DNA from: Candidatus Omnitrophota bacterium
GTDB taxonomy: Bacteria; Omnitrophota; Gorgyraeia; B26-G9
Assembly (NCBI GenBank): GCA_043814605.1
Contig: JBDRJV010000007.1
Location: forward strand, 131,354 to 195,353
Direction: 5' to 3'
DNA: 64,000 nt
The position numbers and the translations under genes were made by a program. Positions 11,640-21,245 of this stretch are shown here, in pieces. The notes under the pieces are model-generated. The model was not told the DNA's origin. It searched no databases and was given only the letters and a program-made list of their open reading frames with translations. Position 1 is the stretch's first letter. The number at the start of each line of letters is the position of its first letter.

Positions 11640-12290
11640 ATGAAAGCAAAAATTAGAAGGTATTTTATTACCGGTCTTGTGGTGCTCTTACCTGTGTCAA
11701 TTACCATTTATATCATCACTGCTTCCATAAAATTTATTGATAATATTCTGGGCCGTTTTATTAATCATTATCTTGAGGCTTTTTTCGGTTTTTCTTTTTT
11801 TGGCGTAGGAATTTTAGCGGTTGTTTTATTAATCTTTTTCGCCGGAATATTAACGGCCAATGTTTTTATTAAAAAAATTGTTCCTTATATTGAGAGACTG
11901 TTTTTACGCGTGCCTTTAGTTTATCAAATTTATCCTGCGATAAAACAATTAGTTAAATTTTTATTTTCCGAAGATAAACTGGCATTTAAAAAAGTTGTCT
12001 TATTTGAATATCCCCGGAAAAATGTTTTTACCATCGGGTTTATCACCAATGAGTTTAAGCAACAGAATCTTAATGGCCAGACTATGGATGCTGTTTGTGT
12101 TTATATTTCTTCTGCACCGAATCCGATTACCGGATTTTTTGTCATCGTTCCGAAACAGGATGTAACTGTTCTGGATATCTCAATTGAGGAGGCTTTCAAA
12201 ATTATTGTTTCCGGCGGCGTACTCATGGAGCAAGATGCTTTAAAAACTAGTAAGCTTACCCACCAAGATATTCTTGATCAGCCAGAATAA
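11640..12290 (+). CDS. DUF502 family membrane protein
   Basis: 216 aa. The N-terminus RRYFITGLVVLLPVSITIYII and two TM helices are typical of DUF502. Confidence 0.55.
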   Translation: MKAKIRRYFITGLVVLLPVSITIYIITASIKFIDNILGRFINHYLEAFFGFSFFGVGILAVVLLIFFAGILTANVFIKKIVPYIERLFLRVPLVYQIYPAIKQLVKFLFSEDKLAFKKVVLFEYPRKNVFTIGFITNEFKQQNLNGQTMDAVCVYISSAPNPITGFFVIVPKQDVTVLDISIEEAFKIIVSGGVLMEQDALKTSKLTHQDILDQPE

Positions 12291-12336
12291 ATTACAAGCT
12301 AAAGTTTAAAAAATTTTATAAACAAAAGGAAAATCT

Positions 12337-13470
12337 ATGAAAAAAGTTTTGATTATCCACGCCTCAGCCGGAGCCGGACACCGAAAAGCAGCCGAAGCTT
12401 TAAAAAGTTCTTTTTCGGCTAATCCGGCTCAAGATCTTGAGGTTACGCTGATTGATGCTTTAGATTACACCAAAAATATTTTTAAAAAATCTTATGCACG
12501 CGTCTATATATTTTTGGTTACTTATGTACCGTTTATTTGGGGCATCATTTTTCATTTTTTAAATTGTGAATTGCTGATGCCGGTAATCCGGCCAATACGC
12601 TTTTTTTTTAATGCTTATTATGGTAAACAATTAATTGAATATGTGGTAAAGCTGCAGCCGGATATAATAATATCAGAGCATTTCATGGCCGCGCAGTTAA
12701 TGGCAAATTTGAAACTTAAAAAAAGAATTAATTCAACTGTAGTTTGCGGAGTTACTGATTTTGGGGTGCATGCATTTTGGATCAATCCGGGTACTGATTA
12801 TTACCTGGTGGCCAGTGATTTAACCAGGGATGAAATCATAAATAAGGGGGTCAAGCCGGAACAGGTTTTTGTTACCGGAATTCCTGTTGAGGGAAAATTT
12901 TCTCAAACACCGGATCGGGAAGGTCTTTTTAAAAAGCTGGAATTAGAGCCTCATAAGTTAACCGTGCTGGTTGCTAGTGGCGGGTTTGGTGTGGGTCCGA
13001 TAAAAGAGATTATTTCCGGCTTAGATCAGATAGAAACGGATTTACAAATTGTGGTAATCTGCGGTAAAAATAAAATATTATTTGAGGATTTTAAAAAGGA
13101 AACTTTTATAAAAAAAGTTAATGTGTTTGGTTATGTCCATAATATGGATGAATTTATGGAGGTCGCAGATTTAATTGTGACAAAATCCGGCGGCTTAACC
13201 GTATCTGAATCTCTAGCCAAAGGGCTGCCGATGCTGATTATAAAGCCGATTCCCGGCCAGGAAACACGTAACGCTCAGGTTATGGAAAAATATAATACAG
13301 GTATCCGTTTAAACAATGTGAAAATGATTGGTAAAGAGGTTGGCTTATTGCTAGAAAATAATCAGAAACTTTTAATTGAAATGAAAGCTAATACTAAAAA
13401 AATAGCGAAACCAAATGCCTCCGATAGGATATGTCAATGGGTCAAGAGCGATCTCTTAAAGATGAATTAA
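12337..13470 (+). CDS. GT28 MGDG-synthase-like diacylglycerol glycosyltransferase
   Basis: 377 aa. The N-terminal KVLIIHASAGAGHRKAAEAL motif of the MGDG_synth/UgtP family is present. The C-terminal domain is GT-B (TKSGGLTVSESLAKGLPML). Confidence 0.7.
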   Translation: MKKVLIIHASAGAGHRKAAEALKSSFSANPAQDLEVTLIDALDYTKNIFKKSYARVYIFLVTYVPFIWGIIFHFLNCELLMPVIRPIRFFFNAYYGKQLIEYVVKLQPDIIISEHFMAAQLMANLKLKKRINSTVVCGVTDFGVHAFWINPGTDYYLVASDLTRDEIINKGVKPEQVFVTGIPVEGKFSQTPDREGLFKKLELEPHKLTVLVASGGFGVGPIKEIISGLDQIETDLQIVVICGKNKILFEDFKKETFIKKVNVFGYVHNMDEFMEVADLIVTKSGGLTVSESLAKGLPMLIIKPIPGQETRNAQVMEKYNTGIRLNNVKMIGKEVGLLLENNQKLLIEMKANTKKIAKPNASDRICQWVKSDLLKMN

Positions 13471-13493
13471 ATCAAATTACACAGGAATTGAAA

Positions 13494-14135
13494 ATGCGGT
13501 TTGCTTATGAAAAATTCTTTGTGGACAGTTTTATTTTAAAAGGAAATCAGGAAAAACAAAAAAAGGGAAAAAGTAACACTACTGATAAAAATCAATTAGT
13601 TCAGCTGCTTTATGCGCAGGTAAAAAAATGCAGGCTTTGCGATATATCTAAAACAAAAAAGAATACTGTTTTTGGCGAGGGTAATTTAAATGCTGAGATT
13701 ATGTTTGTCGGCGAAGCTCCGGGTCATGATGAAGATTTGGCGGGAAAGCCTTTTGTCGGGGCGGCGGGAGGGTTATTAACTAAAATCATTTTGGCGATGG
13801 GGATGAAAAGAGAAAATGTTTATATTACTAATGTATTGCGTTGCCGGCCGCCAGGAAACCGTAACCCCCAGCCGGAAGAAGTGGCTTGCTGCCGGCCTTA
13901 CTTAATTGAACTCGTAAAAATTATTCAGCCTAAAATAATCTGCACTTTAGGTAAATTTGCCGCGCAGGCACTTCTCAATGAAACAAAACCGATTTCTCGT
14001 ATACGGGGTAATTTTTTTGAGTTTGCCGGAATTCCATTAATGCCTACGTATCATCCTGCTTATTTATTAAGAAACCCGGAAGATAAAAAACTGGTTTGGC
14101 AGGATATGAAAAAAATTATAAAATTCTTATCTTAA
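13494..14135 (+). CDS. Uracil-DNA glycosylase, family 4
   Basis: Motifs GEGNLNAEIMFVGEAPGHDED and VYITNVLRCRPPGNRNP are present, with the 4Fe-4S cysteines C..C, CRPP and CC. The likely start is ATG 13494 behind AGGA. The longer six-frame ORF from 13431 overlaps the upstream gene. Confidence 0.8.
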   Translation: MRFAYEKFFVDSFILKGNQEKQKKGKSNTTDKNQLVQLLYAQVKKCRLCDISKTKKNTVFGEGNLNAEIMFVGEAPGHDEDLAGKPFVGAAGGLLTKIILAMGMKRENVYITNVLRCRPPGNRNPQPEEVACCRPYLIELVKIIQPKIICTLGKFAAQALLNETKPISRIRGNFFEFAGIPLMPTYHPAYLLRNPEDKKLVWQDMKKIIKFLS

Positions 14136-14136
14136 A

Positions 14137-15030
14137 ATGAAACTAGCAAAACTGATTGATGAATTTTTAAATTACTTGTCTTTAGAAAGAGGGTTATCTC
14201 CAAATACAATTTCTGCTTACCAAAGAGATTTAAACAAATTTGGTGTTTTTTTAATTAAGAAAAGATTAGCAGATGAACTAAACCCTTCGCGGGATGATTT
14301 TATTTCGTACATCTATGAATTAAAGGAGCAGAACTTGAAATCAAGTTCTATTGCCCGGAATATAGTGGCTTTGAAAATGTTTTATCGTTATTTAGTTTCG
14401 CAGCAATATGTAAAGATGGATCCTACCGAACTCCTAGATTCACCCAAGCTTTGGAAATATTTACCGGATGTTTTGTCTATTGCAGAAGTAGATAATTTTT
14501 TAAAGGTGATCCGCGGTAAAAAAATAAAGGATATTCGCGATCATGCCTGCTTTGAATTAATGTACGCAACGGGGATGAGGGTTTCGGAATTAGTGGAATT
14601 AAAAATGTCGGATGTTGATTTAAAATTAGGCATAATTCGTTGTTTTGGCAAGGGGCAGAAAGAAAGGATTGTTCCGATGGGGCGTTTGGCGCAAACAGCT
14701 TTAGTTGATTACATGGAGGGAGCCAGAGAGCAATATTTAAAAGGAAAATTATCAAAGCATGTTTTTTTATCTAAGCACGGTAAAAAACTCAGCCGGCAAA
14801 TGATTTGGAAACTAATTCGAAATTATGCGCTTTTGGCAAATATAAAAAAACATATTTCCCCGCATACGCTCCGACACTCTTTTGCAACACATCTTTTAGA
14901 AAAAGGTGCGGATTTAAGGATCGTACAGGAGCTATTAGGACATAGTAATATTTCAACAACCCAGATCTATACGCATTTAAATAAAGACCGGCTAAAATCT
15001 ATTCACCAAAAGTTCCATCCGCGTCCTTGA
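14137..15030 (+). CDS. Tyrosine recombinase XerC/XerD family
   Basis: 297 aa. The N-terminal core-binding domain is LSLERGLSPNTISAYQRDL. The catalytic region is HTLRHSFATHLLEKGADLRIVQELLGHSNISTTQIYTHL (R..HxxR..Y). Confidence 0.8.
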   Translation: MKLAKLIDEFLNYLSLERGLSPNTISAYQRDLNKFGVFLIKKRLADELNPSRDDFISYIYELKEQNLKSSSIARNIVALKMFYRYLVSQQYVKMDPTELLDSPKLWKYLPDVLSIAEVDNFLKVIRGKKIKDIRDHACFELMYATGMRVSELVELKMSDVDLKLGIIRCFGKGQKERIVPMGRLAQTALVDYMEGAREQYLKGKLSKHVFLSKHGKKLSRQMIWKLIRNYALLANIKKHISPHTLRHSFATHLLEKGADLRIVQELLGHSNISTTQIYTHLNKDRLKSIHQKFHPRP

Positions 15031-15114
15031 CAAAGCTGGCTGATACTATATATAATCTAATTTCTTTGGATTAAAGTTATTTTACTTAATCCAGAACATT
15101 TTTAACTGTATATT

Positions 15115-15189
15115 GCCCCCTTAGCTTAATGGATAAAGTGCAGGCCTCCGGAGCCTGGGATGGGAGTTCGATTCTCCCAGGGGGCGCCA
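15115..15189 (+). tRNA. tRNA-Arg (anticodon CCG)
   Basis: 75-nt cloverleaf. The acceptor stem is GCCCCCT/AGGGGGC. The anticodon stem is CAGGC/GCCTG with loop CTCCGGA. The T arm is GGGAG-TTCGATT-CTCCC and the CCA end is encoded. Confidence 0.85.
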
Positions 15190-15300
15190 AATTACTTATT
15201 AGTAGAATAGAGATGGCTATTTAGCCCAACCCACAAAAACCTGATTGCTGCATTTGATATCTTTCAGCTGTGCTCAGGAGAAAATAAGGTTTTAAAATTT

Positions 15301-16587
15301 GTGAAAAAACAATTGACGCAGGAAATCAATAAAAACGTTACCCCGATAATTAAAGCTCTACTTAAGAAAATAGGTAGAATTGCTGATGTGCATAAAGTGC
15401 GAGTGTTTTTGGTGGGCGGGTTTGTCCGGGATTTATTGCTGGTGAGAAATAATTACGATTTGGACTTCGTTGTCGAATCCGATGCTATTGAATTTTCCCG
15501 GATTATGGCCAAAGAATTAAAGGCGGATTTAAAAATACATAAGCGGTTTAAAACCGCAAAACTTAGTTTGACGAATGGATTAATTTTTGATGTTGCTACG
15601 GCCAGAACTGAATGCTATAAATCCCCGGCCAGCCTGCCGGTAGTCACGCCAAGCTCATTAAACAAAGATCTTTGCCGCCGGGATTTTTCGATTAATTCAC
15701 TGGCAATTGCTTTAAATAAAAATAATTTTGGGGAACTAATTGATCTTTTTCAAGGGCAAAATGATGTTAAAGAAAAAAGAATAAGAGTTTTGCATAATTT
15801 AAGTTTTATCGAAGATCCGACGCGAATATTCCGGGCAGTAAGATTTGAGCAAAGATTCGATTTTAAAATTGACAAGCCGACTGAAAATTTAATTAAAACT
15901 GCGGTTGGTTTAAATATGTTCGGAAAATTACAGAAGTTTCGTATCAGCGAAGAATTAGTTTTGCTTTTGAATGAACCGCATCCGCTTAAGTGTATCCGGC
16001 GTATAAATGATTTATGCGAGTTAAAATTTATTCATCCTAAAATTAGATTTAATAAAAAAATGATATACCTGTTAAAGGCAGCAAAAGAGATTGTTGCCTG
16101 GTATAGAGTAAATTGTAATTTTAAACAAGCAGAGTGCTGGATCGTATATTTGCTTGTAATTTTAGATGGGATTGACTTAACGTCAGCTGCGCAGATATTT
16201 AAGACTTTTAGTTTTAGGAAATATGTCCAGAATTGTATATTTAGCGCTAAGCAGAAATGGCCGCAGGTTTTCGGAATAATAACCGATGCTTCTACCCTAA
16301 CGGTGAGTGAAATCACGAGAATTCTTAAGAGCGTGCCGATTGAGGCAGTTTTATTTTTTATGACTAAGGCCGCGAAATTAAAAAGGACAGAAATTTTTAT
16401 TAAATTTTTCACGGTTTATGATAAGATAGAACTGGATATTTCCGGTCATGATTTGAAAAAGATAAGTTCTGTTCCGGGGCCGAAATTTAAAGGAGTGTTA
16501 GAAAAAATTCTTAATGCCAAAATTGATGGTAAACTCAAAACACACGCAGATGAACTAAACCTTGCGAGAAAATTATTATGTTCCTAG
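15301..16587 (+). CDS. CCA tRNA nucleotidyltransferase / poly(A) polymerase family protein
   Basis: 428 aa with a GTG start. The PolyA_pol head is VFLVGGFVRDLLLVRNNYDLDFVV with RDFSINSLA, followed by a helical tail. Confidence 0.7.
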   Translation: MKKQLTQEINKNVTPIIKALLKKIGRIADVHKVRVFLVGGFVRDLLLVRNNYDLDFVVESDAIEFSRIMAKELKADLKIHKRFKTAKLSLTNGLIFDVATARTECYKSPASLPVVTPSSLNKDLCRRDFSINSLAIALNKNNFGELIDLFQGQNDVKEKRIRVLHNLSFIEDPTRIFRAVRFEQRFDFKIDKPTENLIKTAVGLNMFGKLQKFRISEELVLLLNEPHPLKCIRRINDLCELKFIHPKIRFNKKMIYLLKAAKEIVAWYRVNCNFKQAECWIVYLLVILDGIDLTSAAQIFKTFSFRKYVQNCIFSAKQKWPQVFGIITDASTLTVSEITRILKSVPIEAVLFFMTKAAKLKRTEIFIKFFTVYDKIELDISGHDLKKISSVPGPKFKGVLEKILNAKIDGKLKTHADELNLARKLLCS

Positions 16588-16859
16588 GAGTGATCAGTTT
16601 TGAATTGTTTATTTCAGATTCTGGATCGCTGAAATCTAAACGCCAGGTTTTACGTACACTTAAAGATAAAATCAGAGCTAATTTTAATGTATCCGTGAGT
16701 GAGGTTGGTTATCAGGATAAATGGCAGCGTGCAGAACTGGCTGTAGCTTGTATTGGCAGTGATAAAAAATATGTTAATGGACTGTTAAACAAAATTAATG
16801 ACTTACTGAGGAGTTGCCATCGGGTGCAAGTCATTGATTCCAGAATGGAGATGTGGTAA
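16578..16859 (+). CDS. DUF503 family protein (YlxP-like)
   Basis: 93 aa. The segment ISFELFISDSGSLKSKRQVLRTLKDKIR is typical of DUF503, which is usually found upstream of rbfA. Confidence 0.6.
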   Translation: MFLGVISFELFISDSGSLKSKRQVLRTLKDKIRANFNVSVSEVGYQDKWQRAELAVACIGSDKKYVNGLLNKINDLLRSCHRVQVIDSRMEMW

Positions 16860-17233
16860 TGACGCAAAGACAGGAAAAAGTAGCCCAAAGAATAAAACAA
16901 GAGGTTAGCACGATTATCCATGATGAAATAAAAGATCCGCGGATTGGATTTGTGACAATCACCAAGGTTGAATTAACTCCGGATCTGCGATTTGGTAAAG
17001 TGTTTTATAGCGTTTTAGGCGATGATGCACAAAAGAAAAGTGCTAAAGAAGGGCTGGAAAGTGCTTATAAATTTATCCGTAAGCTTTTAGGGGAACGGAT
17101 AAAACTTCGCTATACTCCGGATATCGTATTTAAAATTGATGCTTCTGCAGAATATAGCATAAAGATGAGTCAAATTTTTGAAAAATTAGAAGAGGAAAGA
17201 AAACAAAAGGAAGGCCAGGATAATGACGGATAA
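16853..17233 (+). CDS. rbfA: Ribosome-binding factor A
   Basis: 126 aa with VAQRIKQEVSTIIHDEIKDPRIGFVTITKVELTPDLRFGKVFYSVLG. Confidence 0.85.
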   Translation: MVMTQRQEKVAQRIKQEVSTIIHDEIKDPRIGFVTITKVELTPDLRFGKVFYSVLGDDAQKKSAKEGLESAYKFIRKLLGERIKLRYTPDIVFKIDASAEYSIKMSQIFEKLEEERKQKEGQDNDG

Positions 17234-18224
17234 AGAAGTAACCACGATTTTAAGTAAAGTTAACGAGCTCAATAATTTTTTAATCATGGCTCATATTAAT
17301 CCAGAAGGTGATTCTATTGGCAGCCAATTAGGCCTGGCTGATTTATTGCGGCAACAGGGCAAGAAATATCGAATTATCAATGATGATCCTGTTCCAAAAA
17401 ATTTGATGTTTTTGCCCGGCGCAGAAAAGATTGAAGAATTTGGAAAAATAAAGGATCAAAATTTTAATATTTATGATTTTGATGCGGCGATTATTTTAGA
17501 TTGTCCGGTTTTAGAAAGGATCGGTAAAATCAAAGAAAAGCTGGAAAACTTAATGATTATTAATATTGATCACCATTTCAGCAATCAAGCCTATGGAGAT
17601 ATCAATTGGATCCAGACACAAGCTTCATCTGCAGGAGAAATGGTTTATGAAATGTTTCAATCCTCAAAGGCAAAGATAGACCGGCAGACTGCAGTTTGCT
17701 TATACACGGCAATCATGACGGATACTGGTTCTTTCCGCTACACAAATACAACAATAAAAACGCATTTAATTATCGCAGAATTATTAAAATTAAATGTTAA
17801 TCCTACCTTAATTTATGAATATGTCTATGAAACAAAATCTTTTGCTGCTTTGAAATTATTAGCTCAGGTATTATTAAATATGCAAAGATCAGCGGATGGA
17901 AAATTTATTTGGTTTAAAGTGACAAATCAAATGTTGCTTGAACATAATTTAACACAGGAGGCAACCGAAGACTTTATTAATTTTGTGCGGATGGTTGAAG
18001 GAACAGAAGTTGTGGCTTTTTTAAGAGAATTAGCGCAGCCAAACGTAACAAAGGTTAGTTTGCGTTCAAAAAAAAATATTGATGTAAATAGTATTGCCCG
18101 GGTTTTTAGCGGTGGCGGGCATAAGGCGGCCAGCGGATGTATAATCAACGAAAATATTCAAAAAGCAGAAAAGCTTTTAATCAAAGAGTGGGAAAAAATT
18201 TTTAAAAGCAGGCTGGGAGAGTGA
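17223..18224 (+). CDS. nrnA: DHH/DHHA1 phosphoesterase (NrnA-like oligoribonuclease/pAp phosphatase)
   Basis: 333 aa with the motifs HINPEGDSIGS, DHHFSN and GGGHKAASG (DHHA1). Confidence 0.75.
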   Translation: MTDKEVTTILSKVNELNNFLIMAHINPEGDSIGSQLGLADLLRQQGKKYRIINDDPVPKNLMFLPGAEKIEEFGKIKDQNFNIYDFDAAIILDCPVLERIGKIKEKLENLMIINIDHHFSNQAYGDINWIQTQASSAGEMVYEMFQSSKAKIDRQTAVCLYTAIMTDTGSFRYTNTTIKTHLIIAELLKLNVNPTLIYEYVYETKSFAALKLLAQVLLNMQRSADGKFIWFKVTNQMLLEHNLTQEATEDFINFVRMVEGTEVVAFLRELAQPNVTKVSLRSKKNIDVNSIARVFSGGGHKAASGCIINENIQKAEKLLIKEWEKIFKSRLGE

Positions 18225-18233
18225 CTTTTCACA

Positions 18234-18926
18234 ATGGATATCGCGGGAATTTTACTAGTGGATAAAAGCCGGGGAATGAGTTCCCATGATGTTGTGAATG
18301 TTTTAAGGCATAAGCTTAAGATTAAAAAAATCGGCCACGCGGGAACTCTGGATCCGGAAGCAACTGGATTATTAATCATGCTGGTATCTCGGGCAACCAA
18401 ATTATCGGATTTATTTTTAAATTGTGAAAAAACCTATGACGTGCAATTAACACTGGGGATAAAAACAACCACAGCCGATATTACCGGAGACATTATAAAG
18501 AAGGAGAGCATTCCTGGTCTCTCAGATACGCAGGTTAGGGAAGTTTTAAATTCGTTTCTGGGCAGGACAAAACAAATCCCTCCTATGTATTCGGCAAAGA
18601 AAATTAAGGGTGAAAAACTTTATAATTTGGCCAGAAAAGGCATAAACATCCCCCGCCCGGATCAGACAATTTATATTTATGAATTAAAAATAAAGAAAAT
18701 TAATTTACCCTTCATAGATTTTACGGTCCGATGTTCTAAAGGAACGTATATTCGTACACTTTGCGAGGATATGGGTGAAAGATTAGGTTATTGTGCAGTT
18801 ATGAGTGGTTTAAGAAGAACCGCCTGTGGAGATTATGATATTAAACAAGCGATTACGGTTGAAAATATCGAAAAACTTAATGCCGCGCAGTTAGCAGCAA
18901 ACATCATAAGTATCAAAGGGATATGA
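18234..18926 (+). CDS. truB: tRNA pseudouridine(55) synthase
   Basis: 230 aa with GILLVDKSRGMSSHDVV and KIGHAGTLDPEATGLL. Confidence 0.9.
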   Translation: MDIAGILLVDKSRGMSSHDVVNVLRHKLKIKKIGHAGTLDPEATGLLIMLVSRATKLSDLFLNCEKTYDVQLTLGIKTTTADITGDIIKKESIPGLSDTQVREVLNSFLGRTKQIPPMYSAKKIKGEKLYNLARKGINIPRPDQTIYIYELKIKKINLPFIDFTVRCSKGTYIRTLCEDMGERLGYCAVMSGLRRTACGDYDIKQAITVENIEKLNAAQLAANIISIKGI

Positions 18927-19858
18927 AAGTAATTACCGGTATAAAAAATTTTAAAACGAAAAATTTAAAAAGGCCAATTGTTGTAGCCATTGGTAATTTT
19001 GATGGCGTACATATTGCCCATAAAAAAGTTATTAAGAGTGCGATTAGCACAGCGCGGCAATTAAGGGGAACCAGTGTGGTGCTGACGTTTGATCCGCATC
19101 CATTGAAAGTTTTGAAAATAAAAGAAAAAATGCCAATTTTAACCAGTAAAGAACATAAACTAAGTTTAATTTCGGAAATTGGTCCAGATATTTGTTTAGT
19201 GGCTAATTTCAGAAAACAATTTGCGGAAAAAGAGCCGGAGTATTTTACAAAGAATTTTTTAAAGCAAAAAATAAATGCGGATTTAATTATTGTAGGTAAA
19301 AAGTTTAATTTTGGGAAAGATAAATCCGGGGACATTAAATTTCTCGCAAAACAGGGTGAAAAATTAGGATTTAAAGTAAAACTAATCACGGCATTAAAAA
19401 AATCCGGTGTAACCATAAGCAGTACTTTTATCCGCAACTTAATAAAAAATAGTGAATTCAGAAAAATTAAATCAATGCTCGGCCGTGATTTTAGTGTTGC
19501 CGGCCGGGTTATCCGGGGTGATGGCCGGGGGAGAAGATTAGGATTTCCTACTGCAAATATTGATCCAGGTCAGGAGGTATTGCCCGCAGTCGGGGTTTAT
19601 GCCGTAGAAATTAAAATCAATGATAAGATTTTTAAAGGGATGCTAAATATTGGGTTTCGGCCTACTTTTTATAAAAATAAAAAAATACAAATTATGGAAG
19701 CGAGTCTTTTTAATTTTAAGAGGAATATTTATAATCAAAAAGTTGAAGTTATTTTTAAAAAGAAAATTCGTAATGAAAAAATATTCCGAAATATTGAAAA
19801 ATTAAAAAAACAGATTGAAAAAGATAAGAAAAAAGCTATAAAAATTCTGAATTCGTAA
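18923..19858 (+). CDS. ribF: Bifunctional riboflavin kinase / FAD synthetase
   Basis: 311 aa. The FAD synthetase N-domain is VVAIGNFDGVHIAHKKVI. The riboflavin kinase C-domain is GRVIRGDGRGRRLGFPTANI. Confidence 0.85.
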   Translation: MKVITGIKNFKTKNLKRPIVVAIGNFDGVHIAHKKVIKSAISTARQLRGTSVVLTFDPHPLKVLKIKEKMPILTSKEHKLSLISEIGPDICLVANFRKQFAEKEPEYFTKNFLKQKINADLIIVGKKFNFGKDKSGDIKFLAKQGEKLGFKVKLITALKKSGVTISSTFIRNLIKNSEFRKIKSMLGRDFSVAGRVIRGDGRGRRLGFPTANIDPGQEVLPAVGVYAVEIKINDKIFKGMLNIGFRPTFYKNKKIQIMEASLFNFKRNIYNQKVEVIFKKKIRNEKIFRNIEKLKKQIEKDKKKAIKILNS

Positions 19859-19945
19859 ATTTTATCCGCTTAATTCCAGCCTTGCTCAAATTGAGCTTAC
19901 TCTTTGCCCCAAAAAAACTTATGTTTTAATTTTTAGTTAAATTTG

Positions 19946-19974
19946 TTGACGAGATAATTGTTTTGCGGTAGAAT
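19946..19974 (+). promoter_or_regulatory. Sigma-70-type promoter for lysC
   Basis: TTGACG, a 17-nt spacer, then TAGAAT, ending 12 nt upstream of the lysC ATG. Confidence 0.5.
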
Positions 19975-19985
19975 TAAAATCTATT

Positions 19986-21224
19986 ATGAAGAAAACTGTA
20001 GTACAAAAATATGGCGGCAGTTCTGTAGCCAATGCCGAATGCATTAAAAATGTTGCCCAACGCGTTGTCCAGACTAAAAAAAATGGTTATAACGTAGTTG
20101 TGGTGGTATCTGCATTAGGGGATACCACTGATAATCTGATCGATCTGGCAAAGCAAATCACCGAAAATCCCTCGGAACGAGAATATGATATGCTGCTTTC
20201 TACAGGAGAACAGGTTTCGATTGCGCTTCTGGCAATGGCGATCCATAAATTAGGGGTGGAAGCAATTTCCTTTACCGGGGCACAGGCAGGGATTATCACG
20301 GATACAACATTCTCTAAGGCACGGGTTATAAATATAAAACAAAGCAAAAAAATTAAGTCTGAACTCAAAAAAGGAAAAATTGTTATTGTTGCTGGATTCC
20401 AAGGGATTACAGTTGACCAGGAAATTACAACTTTAGGCCGTGGCGGTTCTAATCTTACTGCCGTTGCCCTGGCTAAGGCACTGGGTGGGTGTATGTGTGA
20501 AATGAATACAGATGTGGAAGGTGTTTTTACCGCAGACCCGCGGATTGTGCCGCAGGCGCGTAAACTTGACTATTTAAGTTATGATGAAATGCTGGAAATG
20601 TCATCTTTGGGATCTCAAGTTTTACAGGCACGTTCTGTAATATTTGCAAAAAAATTTAATGTGCCGATTCATGTGCGTTCGAGTTTTAGCAAAGCTACGG
20701 GTACGATTATTAGTAAGGAGGCAAAAACAATGTGGGAAGGTGTGGTAATATCAGGCGTAACTTTAGAGAAAAAAGAAATTAAGGTCACAATTTGTGATGT
20801 TCCGGATAAGCCGGGAATTGCCGCTAGAATTTTTCAAGATTTAGCAAATGCCGAAATAAATGTGGATATGATCATTCAAAATATTAGCCGGACCAGATGT
20901 ACGGATATTTCGTTTACCGCTCCCAAATCAGATTTAAATAAGACATTAAAAATTGCGCGTAAAATAGTAAAAAAAGTCGGGGCGGAAAATGTTACTTATG
21001 ATGAAAATATTGCTAAGGTTTCAGTTGTCGGTGTGGGGATGAAGTCTCATCCAGGAGTGGCCGCTAAAATGTTTAAGGTTCTCGCTCGGAAAAAAATTAA
21101 TATCGAAATGATTTCAACATCAGAAATTAGTATTTCTGTGGTAATTTCTCAGAATAAAGGCCAAGCGGCGGTAAAGGCTTTACACCGGGCTTTTGGCTTA
21201 GATGTTAAACCAGGGGAAAAGTAA
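19986..21224 (+). CDS. lysC: Aspartate kinase
   Basis: 412 aa with VVQKYGGSSVANAE and VVVVSALGDTTD, and two C-terminal ACT domains. Confidence 0.85.
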   Translation: MKKTVVQKYGGSSVANAECIKNVAQRVVQTKKNGYNVVVVVSALGDTTDNLIDLAKQITENPSEREYDMLLSTGEQVSIALLAMAIHKLGVEAISFTGAQAGIITDTTFSKARVINIKQSKKIKSELKKGKIVIVAGFQGITVDQEITTLGRGGSNLTAVALAKALGGCMCEMNTDVEGVFTADPRIVPQARKLDYLSYDEMLEMSSLGSQVLQARSVIFAKKFNVPIHVRSSFSKATGTIISKEAKTMWEGVVISGVTLEKKEIKVTICDVPDKPGIAARIFQDLANAEINVDMIIQNISRTRCTDISFTAPKSDLNKTLKIARKIVKKVGAENVTYDENIAKVSVVGVGMKSHPGVAAKMFKVLARKKINIEMISTSEISISVVISQNKGQAAVKALHRAFGLDVKPGEK

Positions 21225-21245
21225 GCTAAGAACAAAGGATATTTT

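Noticed and set aside
14137-15300. Xer recombinase plus tRNA-Arg(CCG) as an integrative-element boundary
   Set aside because: The recombinase has the full XerC/D-type catalytic signature and a housekeeping context (UDG upstream, CCA enzyme downstream). There are no direct repeats of the tRNA 3' end and no phage or ICE cargo.
19859-19985. Lysine riboswitch upstream of lysC
   Set aside because: The spacer between the predicted -10 and the ATG is about 12 nt, far too short for an L-box aptamer.
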